A stretch of 8,961 nucleotides of DNA from Oopsacas minuta (GCA_024704765.1 JAKMXF010000344.1:67235-76195), one strand, 5' to 3'. Shown: positions 1 through 7,610, counted from the first letter of the stretch. The notes: generated from the sequence alone by a model not told the origin. Translations and numbers: made by a program.

Positions 1-299
1 ATTCGAGAGGGGAGAAGATTAATTACTGAAATTTTGTTTACAGATATATCTTACCCGTAGAATTTCGTAGTATCATTATCTATTTGCTATTTGTTCCAAT
101 TTCTGAAATATTAATATTATAATTTACTGCCAATACTTTTGAAACAGACTGTATATGGAGTCTCTGCCTAAAAGCAAGTACGTATGACCTCAATCTATAA
201 TAATTTACACTGCTATCGCTGTCCTAACATTCAATGAGCGTAAACTGTCTCTATTAGTGATCCTGAATGAACTTAACCTGGCTTAAAATTTAATACTTA

Positions 300-783
300 A
301 AAGAGAATATTTGTGAGACTATTTCCGCAGTTATCAGGGAAGAAATATCGTTTCCAGCAAAGAAGTAGAACGAGGCAATTCAAGCAGCACAGAGAAAAGG
401 CGCTGTTGAAGGTAGAAGGGTGGAAGAAGCTACAAAGGGGGACAGTTTAGAGCTGAGAATTTTCCGAGAAGAGGAAGGGTGACAGGGCTCTAGAACGTTG
501 GGATCAACAGGAAGAGGATGTGGTGTAACGAGGAGAATCACGGAGCCTAGCTTCTCTTCTGCCTCCACACAGTCTTCTCCTGATTCATCCCGCAGTTCTG
601 ATGAGTCCGTAGCTTATGCTACCAAAGAGATCTAGTACCTATTGCTAAGAGGAGAATTGTAAGATGAATCAATCGCAATGGGTGCGTTGTGACATCAGCA
701 ATGATTGGGTCCATTGTTACTGTGCTTACGTTAGTTACGAGAACGTCTCTGCCGACTCTTTCACATGTGATATGTGTTCCTGA
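300..783 (+). pseudogene. 3' end of a decayed ORF: charged region, Ser-rich linker and C-terminal PHD finger (probably a transposase C-terminus)
   Basis: Frame from 643 reads C*EENCKMNQSQWVRCDISNDWVHCYCAYVSYENVSADSFTCDMCS* (stop 781-783). This is the PHD pattern C-x4-C...W-x-x-C-D-x-[C>S, AGC 697-699]-x-x-W-x-H-x-x-C...F-x-C-x-x-C. An upstream frame gives SFSSASTQSSPDSSRSSDES (549-608). Internal stops at 646-648 and upstream, plus one frameshift at ~609-640. The PHD call is strong; the 5' boundary and the parent family are uncertain. Confidence 0.7.
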
Positions 784-884
784 TTGGCAGTCGTTGGTTT
801 CCCTTGGTTTCTCTTTTAATTCTATACTTAACGAATTATATTTCATATTGATCGAACGGCTGCTGAATTGTATCACCATATTTC

Positions 885-1700
885 CTTGAAGATTTTTCAT
901 TCTAACTGACACTATCCGAGCATATATACCTGTGCTCCTTCGCAGGTTTACTCATTCTGGCTTTCATTATCCAAATTCTTATCATATTGTTCTGATAAGT
1001 GACACGTTTCATACTAATATATCAGTGTTTTGACAGGTGATAAGTTATATTCAATTTGAATGACACTTTTCCTTCTAGTATCCTTGTGTTCTTACAGGTT
1101 ACAGGATATACTGAATTTTACTGACACGCTCTAATTTCAAATCCATGTGTCCTGACAGGTGACAAGTTTTCTGAAATTTACTCAGACGCTACAGAATACT
1201 TTCCTGTGCTGGCAGGTGACAAGTTCAATTCTGTTTACTCATACGCTTCAAACTTATATCCCTGTGTCATGACAGGTGACGAGTTGGATTCAAATATACT
1301 GACACGCTACAAACAAATCGCAATAGTATTTGAGAGTAAACAAGTTTTCTTCAATTTGACTGACACTCTCCTAATTTATTTTACTCAGATTTGACAACTA
1401 ATCAGTTTTCTCCATCAGATTTACACTCTCCAAGGTAGCATCACTCGGATCTGACAGGTTGTCGACAAGGTTTCTTCAATTGATCAACACTTAGTAACCT
1501 AATATTCCTGGCATCTTATTCGGGTTAAGTTTTCTTTAATCTTTATGAAAGTCTCCAAACTAGAATCACTCTGATATGGCAGGTAATCTTATTTTGTAAT
1601 TTTAGTCTCTCAAGAGAAATATCACATTTATTTGATATGTCTCAACTTGTCTTCAATTGACCACACTCTCCTAACTAATCTCACTCGGATCTGACATCAG
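885..1700. repeat. Degenerate tandem array, period ~60 bp, about 13-14 units
   Basis: Anchor (A/G)CAGGT or a variant recurs at 942, 995, 1033, 1094, 1155, 1212, 1272, 1333, 1394, 1454, 1521, 1579, 1635, 1694 (spacing mostly 56-61; 53, 38 and 67 also occur). Exact repeats: TCACTCGGATCTGACA at 1441 and 1681 (240 apart); ACACTCTCCTAA at 1363 and 1663 (300 apart). Confidence 0.85.
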
Positions 1701-2345
1701 TGTCGGATTTCTAAGATCATGGGAACTATATTCCCGTAAGTTCGCAGTGAGATGTTTAGTCTGAACAAGTAGTTGCAATATAATTATGTAAGAAATCAAC
1801 TAACCGAATAAAAGACCGTTTCACGAAGTATCAACATTTGGTGAATATGGCCTCTTTCCTATGTATCTCATACCCAAGTGATTTCAAAAATACATACATT
1901 AGAACTTGGAGCCAAATTGTCCAGACTTCAAATTTCCGAACAGGTTGGCAACCATACTCATGTTTAGCCATCCACAAATATTTCATTCTTTCTCTACCCT
2001 AAAACCACTAAATATTTGCCTTTCATACACTCGGCCTCATAGCGTCAAGTTTTAGATAACAAATTCAAGTTTGGGGTCCCAGACACCCACAGATACCCAA
2101 CTTTGTGCCTACGAATATCCTATATACTGGAGATATGGTTGGAATTATGAGAATACACCTGAGGAAATTATTGGACCATATTTATAGATTTCCATCCGTC
2201 CACAATGGTAGGATAATTGACATTCCACTGTATAATGATTTATTACTACACGTATGCACCATTTTAACTATTGGGAGAAATTCACTACAATAAAGATTTT
2301 TGGAAAAATTATTGATTCCAGTAAACCTAAAATAAAATGCGCCTC
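1700..2345. other. Unidentified ~650-bp segment interrupting the tandem array (probable insertion)
   Basis: Array periodicity stops at ~1700 and resumes at ~2349. No TIR pair, TSD or recognisable protein motif found by eye. Confidence 0.45.
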
Positions 2346-2348
2346 ATG

Positions 2349-2460
2349 CTTACAAGTAATCAGTTTTCTCCAATCTTGCTATCACTGTCCAAATAAATAT
2401 CACAAAATTAGATAGGTGACAACTTTTGTGAATCATGCTCACTTTTTCCTGTGCTGACTA
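2349..2460. repeat. Two further units of the ~60-bp array
   Basis: TAATCAGTTTTCTCCA at 2357-2372 is identical to 1399-1414. The next anchor ATAGGTGACAAC is at 2412, 60 bp after 2352, and is followed by TTCCTGTGCTG as at 1201-1211. Confidence 0.75.
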
Positions 2461-3893
2461 ATACTATTATATAGTATAGCGCCTAAATTCTAAAATGGTT
2501 GACTTAGTATACATCAGTATATATCTATATAGGTTTTCGCTCTGCTGTTCCACCTTTAGAGATTAAGACACCAAATTTGGATGTTTACTCGTAGTGGCAT
2601 CTAGTTATGCACCTGACATTGATAATTTCTAATTTCTATATGTTCACACCTTTGACACCTCTGTATTTAGCCTAATCAGGTTTAGGGTTTTACAATGAGG
2701 CATAAATACATAAAATTCGTTCTGGTAGAGTGTATGTAATTTACTTATTACTGTAATGTGCACTAGCCGAGCCAAAGTACTTGCACACAACTAAATATAC
2801 ATCTGTAAATCCAGTAAATATGACGAATAGTTGAAACTTTGTTATTGTTATATCTTAATATGGTCAGTCTGACGAGTTTTCCAACATAAAACATGCGTAA
2901 TATCGTTCACTTGGGAAAATACCCTATACCCAAATAAAGATTTCAACTTAACTTGTGACTCCTTAATGGAAATGTATGGAACCAAATTATAACTTCTTGA
3001 TAATATGCCAAAAACATTGAATTAACAAGTATAAAATACATTAGAAAATATTCATTTGTACCGAGTCATTGTTCCGGTTCTACTTCCGATTTTAGTTTCA
3101 ATACCACTTTTCATAAAGTTGGTCAACTCCAAACTGAATTTTATCAATGAGTTTCAAATTCTTCATGTATTAAAACCAAAATATTGATTTTTGTAAGAGA
3201 TTTTGAATACATATTAAGTTATTAGAGTTAATCGTGTGATGGCAAAATATAATATTGAAATATCATCGGCCAAAGAGAAATAATATGAAATTTGGTGACA
3301 TCATAAGTTTAAAAATAGTCGACTGATTAGTTTGAATTTTCAGAATGGTATCCACATGTGAGTAGCTTGATACACAGCAATTTTCAGATAAATAGGTTGA
3401 TGATGGTGAATTGATTCTTGACTTGACATGAAATTCCCCATTACAATCAGTGAAAATGGGTGAACAAGAAGGAGGAGGCAAAATTTAGGGTATCTCGCGT
3501 TACTCAACGGTTGAACGTCTCTGGATTGAATTTTCGCCCATTACTTGAACTTGTCCGAGCCAAGTCCATAATACCCCATTCATGCCAAATTTAGCCATTT
3601 TGTTTCCCAGTTTCTTCAATCAATTCCGGACACAGAGACTTAAATTATTCTTACCAATCCCTTGTATTTATCCCTGGAAATTTTTATCGGAACCCCTTGG
3701 ATTTTCAAATTTTCCCTAGATGTCAAATTTTATATGCAAATAATATAAATTTCCATTTTATGAGCTAAAGAGCCAAGAATATCCAATAATTAGCCTGGAT
3801 TTAGCCATTTTTCCCCTGGATGGTAGTGGCTATGATATGTATATATGTATCTTATGGTCAATTCTCGAAATCAGTCAGTAGGCGTTCTGACTA

Positions 3894-3911
3894 GTCAATA
3901 CGCGTATTGAC
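3894..3911. repeat. Perfect 18-bp palindrome GTCAATACGCGTATTGAC
   Basis: Self-complementary by direct inspection; the half-site GTCAATAC recurs at 3921-3928. Confidence 0.9.
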
Positions 3912-4210
3912 CAACCTGCTGTCAATACCAGTACTTTGTGTATATGTGTCAGTATAATCCAGAATTCAAAAAATCAAATCGCTCCAAACGCTGATGGAAA
4001 AACTTTACTGTACTATAGTGACCACTAGGCCCAACGGAGCTCGCGAGATGTGGGGCCGCCTTGAATTTTGATGATCGCAGAGCAAATATAGTAAATTTGG
4101 GAGATCAAGAAGCCCTCAAATATGCATTGCGATTATGAAATGGAGCTTTAAAGTTAGAGAACAACTCCCCTAGAACTTACCTTTGTTCTCCATTCAAATC
4201 AAAGCTGAGA

Positions 4211-4258
4211 TACATAACTATACATCAGGGTAAATACATAACTATAAATCAAAAACAA
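4211..4258. repeat. Imperfect 24-bp tandem duplication
   Basis: TACATAACTATA at 4211-4222 and 4235-4246; partial copy TAACTATACA at 4277-4286. Confidence 0.6.
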
Positions 4259-4339
4259 TATCACTAACGAATAAAGTAACTATACAATTAATACCCGAAC
4301 GAATTACTGATGAATCTGAGGATATAGGCGAACGGTGGT

Positions 4340-4562
4340 GAGAAGACGAGATCCTGCGGTGTTTTGATCCCATTCGTGGGGTATTTCATCTTTGATAACG
4401 GGATAACGGTTATGGGGAACTATTCAAAAGAATGAGGTAGTGGGTTGCTGCATTAGGGAGCTTGGCACCTTTGTTCTCCCATAGTGGCGGATCGGGATCA
4501 TAAAGGGCATTCCATTGCTGGAGAGGAATTACATCCGCGAATTCATCAAATATGATGGCTCA
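4340..4562 (-). pseudogene. rep: Endogenous CRESS-DNA virus (circovirus-like) Rep, SF3 helicase domain fragment
   Basis: Minus frame from 4559 reads AIIFDEFADVIPLQQWNALYDPDPPLWENKGAKLPNAATHYLILLNSSP*. Walker B is IIFDEF (D at 4547-4545). Counting from that D: D+16, P+19, E+23, K+25, G+26, P+30, motif C N+41, the same offsets as circovirus Rep recalled from memory. An Arg-finger-like RRI is at 4358-4350 in the same frame; between them the shifted frame reads HNRYPVIKDEIPHEWDQ. Confidence 0.78.
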
Positions 4563-4990
4563 GCAAAAGATCAAATGAATATTATCGCGAACCACGCCCA
4601 CGAAATCTTAAGTACTTAAAGATTCACATAGAAAGTGGGGCGGCTCAGGCCGCGCAAGACACCCCTGCTCCGCCGGCCCTGGTGAGCACTGCTTAAGGTG
4701 GTTAATAGGTTGGGAGGGATGAAAATCCCCAGGCCCTGGCACACAAAATGTTGACTTTCTTCATTCAGGATTCAGAAGTTCTGAACATATTGGAAAGCTT
4801 TTCTACTATTATTACATTTATTCACATATTTTCTAGCTGCAAAAGACCGGATCCAACTTAGTAATTCAGGTTGTAACCCAGGTGCAAATGTATTTGCTGT
4901 TTTAGGAACCTTTGAGTCTATACGCTAGCGATAGGAACGGGATTGGATAGTGTCATGGTTGTTCCAGGGTGTGAGTTGATGTGAAATGTA
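4563..4990 (-). pseudogene. rep: Probable heavily decayed N-terminal part of the same Rep (HUH motifs I-III, Walker A)
   Basis: Collinear degenerate motifs: T-x-W-N-N or T-L-N-N (~4972-4958, motif I-like); KVPKTAN+HLHLGY (4912-4873, motif II-like P-x-T-G-x-x-HLQGY); YVNKCNNSRKAFQYVQN (4828-4778, motif III-like); AVLTRAGGAGVSCAA (4692-4648, Walker A-like with G>R and K>V); WAWF (4600-4589). Each motif needs substitutions or frameshifts, and the motif III to Walker A linker is only ~42 codons. Confidence 0.42.
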
Positions 4991-5138
4991 CAAGCCACTG
5001 GAATAGAAACAGGCCGGAAGTAGCTGTTATTAGCCAACGGAAGTTGCAATTGTTACCCGTTAACAGCTAAAAATTGTGTGTTGTTAACTTTAAACAACAA
5101 GTATTCTGTTAACACCACTACATAACTTCTGATAATAG

Positions 5139-5171
5139 CCGGGGTGATTATTTATTTCAAGCCACCCTATA
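5139..5171 (-). mobile_element. Possible single Tc1/mariner-type terminus (TA followed by TAGGGTG..., a variant of CAGGGTG)
   Basis: Minus strand reads TA|TAGGGTGGCTTGAAATAAATAATCACCCCGG, with an internal GGGTG/CACCC inverted repeat. No partner TIR found in the window. Confidence 0.3.
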
Positions 5172-5323
5172 CTATATGGTCAATTTTTTGAGGGAATACG
5201 GGCGCATTTTCCTAGTTTCGATATCACTTAGAATAGCTTATCCTAACATTTAGTAAGGATGTGATGTAGGAGTTTATATAATTTAACTATTCTTAAGTAA
5301 GTAATACTATATATTATATGGAA

Positions 5324-5337
5324 CAGGGGTCGGCAAC
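5324..5337 (+). repeat. Left TIR of the hAT element
   Basis: CAGGGGTCGGCAAC, the exact reverse complement of 7597-7610. Confidence 0.95.
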
Positions 5338-5550
5338 TGGCGCCCGCCGAAGAATGGGCTACAACCTTATTATATTACCATAATATTCTACTTACGTATA
5401 GATTCATTGATGGCATTAGAAATCTGCTCATCACTGTCATAAATTTTCCAACACAAAAATTTTCCTTTTCAATACCTACTTTTTATATTTATTATACAAT
5501 ATTTTTCATTAGATAACTAAACGATTAAACTCTATCACTATCCTACCATC

Positions 5551-7353
5551 ATGTCCATTTGTAGTAGTAGCAAGAAAAAAAAATTGACTCTGAAAATCGC
5601 GTATTCAAAGAAAAATGGACAGAACTATACTTCTTTATTGGATTCAAAAATAACCCTTGTGTTTAATCTGCAACCAAATATTGGCATCAAACAAGGAATA
5701 CAATTTATAGCGGCATTACGAGACAAAACATACTGAATATTCAAGGTATACAGGTCTTATGCGCTAGGACAAAATATCAACACCGGAAATGTCATTAGCT
5801 TAACAACAGATTAGTTTAATAAAATTGACTACAGAGCAGATAAGCATCACTCGTGCTAGCTTCGCTATCAGCGCACGTCTAGCAAAAAAGCTGAAACCAT
5901 TTTCGGACGGTGATTTCATTGAAGAATGTATTGAGACAACAATTGAAATTCTCTGTCCTGAGAAAAAGGCACTATTTTCTGCCATTAGTTTGTCAGTACG
6001 AACGGTTACGCGGCGAGTGGAAGAAATTTCTAGTAATGTCAAAGGGCATCGTAAAGAACAAGCGAGTCATTTTCAGTATTATTCTCTTGCAATGAATGAA
6101 AGTACGGACGTGTCTGACACAGCCCAACTTGCCATCTTTGTAAGAGGTGTTAGTCAGAATTTTGATGTAACAGAGGAGTTTGCTAGTCTTGTCTCCATGA
6201 AAGACACTACGACTGGAGCTGATTTGCTGGAAGCTGTACATCGAGTTCTTCGTGATTATAACTTGTCATTGGCGAATCTTACAGGATTAACTACTGATGG
6301 TGCGCCGGCCATGGTTGGCGAAAAACGAGGAGTGGTGTCACTTATAGAAAAAGAAATTACAGAATTTGGTTTCACTCAAAAGCTAGTGAGAACTCATTGC
6401 ATTTTCACCAAGAAGCACTTTGTGCAAAATCTGTCAGCTTCCAAGATGTCATGGAAGTAGCGGTTAAGATAGTTAATTATATTCGATCAAGAGGTCTCAA
6501 ACATCGTCAATTTAAGACATTTTTAGCCGAAATGGATGTTTGGTATGGGGATGTGTTGTATTATTCTCACATTCGCTGGTTGAGTAGGGGGGATATGCTT
6601 GAGCGCTTTTACAACATACTAAAAGAGATTCAAATTTTTACGACAGACAATGGAAAAGAATTTCCAGAATTGAACGATGTAACCTGGAATTGTGATCTTG
6701 AATTTCTCGTGGATATTAGTGGTCACCTAAACAAGTTGAACACTCAGTTGCAAGGTAAAAATCAACTCATTAATGTGTTGTTTGATCATAATTGTGCATT
6801 TGATCTGAAGTTGAAACTTTGGCTGTCGCAATTGCAAAATACAAATATTTCTCACTTTACAAAATTCGCTGATAACCACCCTATTGAGTTGAAAAAATAC
6901 ATATGTTTTCTTTTTGATTTGCAAGGGGAAATTTCTAGGCGGTTTTCAAACATTCGCGCCCATAAAAATGCACTCACATAGTTTGGCACTCCGCTCCTTG
7001 CGAATGTCCACGACATGGAAGCTCATCTTCAAATGGAGCTAATTGAATTGCAGACAAATTCCATCCTCAAATCAAAATTGTCAGAAGTGGAAGTACTTGA
7101 GTTTTATCAGAAACATCTCCCCGTTCAACAGTTCCCTCAATTATTATCGCATGCTAGACAAATTGCTTCACTTTTTGGTAGCACATATACATGTGAGCAA
7201 TTGTTTTCTAGGATGAAGGTTGCTAAGAGCAACTCTCGCAACAGGCTAACTGATGACCATATGGATGCAGTCCTACGATTATCTGCTACCAATTTTCGAT
7301 TGATATTTCAAAGGCAGTGTCGGAGTGCAAGAATTATCAATTTCTCACATTAA
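5551..7353 (+). pseudogene. hAT (Buster/SPIN, GTF2IRD2/EPM2AIP1-like) transposase pseudogene, ~600 codons
   Basis: Stitched reading: MSICSSSKKK-IDSENRVFKEKWTELYFF...-LCLICNQILASNKEYNL*RHYETKH (Zn finger)...KPFSDGDFIEEC...YSLAMNESTDVSDTAQL...LTTDGAPAMVG...HCI-HQEALCAK...IRWLSRG...FGSTYTCEQLFSRMK...RLTDDH...SH*. Frameshifts at ~5575-5583, ~5652 and 6404-6405. Stops at 5708, 5765, 5801 and 6979. First catalytic Asp changed to Asn (AAT 6095-6097); second D (6296) and E (7195) retained. Confidence 0.95.
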
Positions 7354-7445
7354 ATGTAATCAGATACTGTATTTAGTAACTAGTGATTTATAGATGTTAG
7401 TTAGCTGTGTTAATTATAGCTATGAAATTTGTATTAACAGGAAAT

Positions 7446-7451
7446 AATAAA
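7446..7451 (+). promoter_or_regulatory. Candidate polyadenylation signal of the hAT transposase
   Basis: AATAAA ~90 nt after the transposase stop at 7353; the motif is common in AT-rich DNA. Confidence 0.3.
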
Positions 7452-7596
7452 CATTTTCTGCTAAAATAGGTACATCAATTATTTCAAGGACTTTAGTAGA
7501 ATTAGTAGATATTCACCATATATGTACATCAAAAAATAGTCATCTAGTGGCCAGCATATCTATGAAAAGAGTTTATATGGCCCGCACCCAAATAAA

Positions 7597-7610
7597 GTTG
7601 CCGACCCCTG
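7597..7610 (-). repeat. Right TIR of the hAT element
   Basis: GTTGCCGACCCCTG, preceded by the Charlie/Buster-like subterminal sequence TGGCCCGCACCCAAATAAA. Confidence 0.95.

Larger units (their letters stand above)
5324..7610 (+). mobile_element. hAT superfamily, Buster/Charlie/SPIN-type DNA transposon, full length (2287 bp), inactivated
   Basis: Perfect 14-bp TIRs CAGGGGTCGGCAAC (5324-5337) and GTTGCCGACCCCTG (7597-7610). The 8-bp flanks ATATGGAA (5316-5323) and AAATAGAA (7611-7618) match at 6/8, and the right copy has the Buster-type nnnTAnnn pattern. A transposase pseudogene lies inside. Confidence 0.95.

Noticed and set aside
380-912. Track ORFs 380-568 (-), 619-912 (-) and 689-889 (+)
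   Set aside because: Antisense or off-frame shadows of the PHD-terminated pseudogene; no motifs of their own.
1206-1394. 62-aa ORF with a ~20-aa repeat
   Set aside because: A by-product of the array; neighbouring 61-bp units break the frame, and stops occur on both strands.
885-1700. CRISPR array reading of the ~60-bp periodicity
   Set aside because: Whole units are degenerate copies of each other; there is no constant repeat with unique spacers, no cas genes, and the context is eukaryotic TEs.
2105-2293. 62-aa ORF inside the array insert
   Set aside because: Short, non-ATG start, no recognisable motif.
2679-2692. Telomere-like TTTAGGG
   Set aside because: A single unit, not a tandem tract.
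3263-3481. 72-aa minus-strand ORF
   Set aside because: Non-ATG start, no motif; length expected by chance.
4807-4815. TATTATTAC nonamer variant on the plus strand
   Set aside because: Lies antisense within the presumed Rep coding region in an AT-rich stretch, with no stem.
4870-4990. Alternative reading HPGTT...QRFLKQQIHLH as a Tc1/mariner (DD37D/DD41D-like) HTH segment
   Set aside because: Weak similarity with no downstream DDD motifs; the Rep motif I/II reading fits the collinear helicase better. Not fully excluded.
5551-7353. Functional domesticated hAT gene (GTF2IRD2/EPM2AIP1/ZBED5-like) or separate small genes
   Set aside because: TIRs and TSD are present, with multiple stops, frameshifts and a catalytic D>N; the track ORFs are fragments or antisense shadows of one dead transposase.
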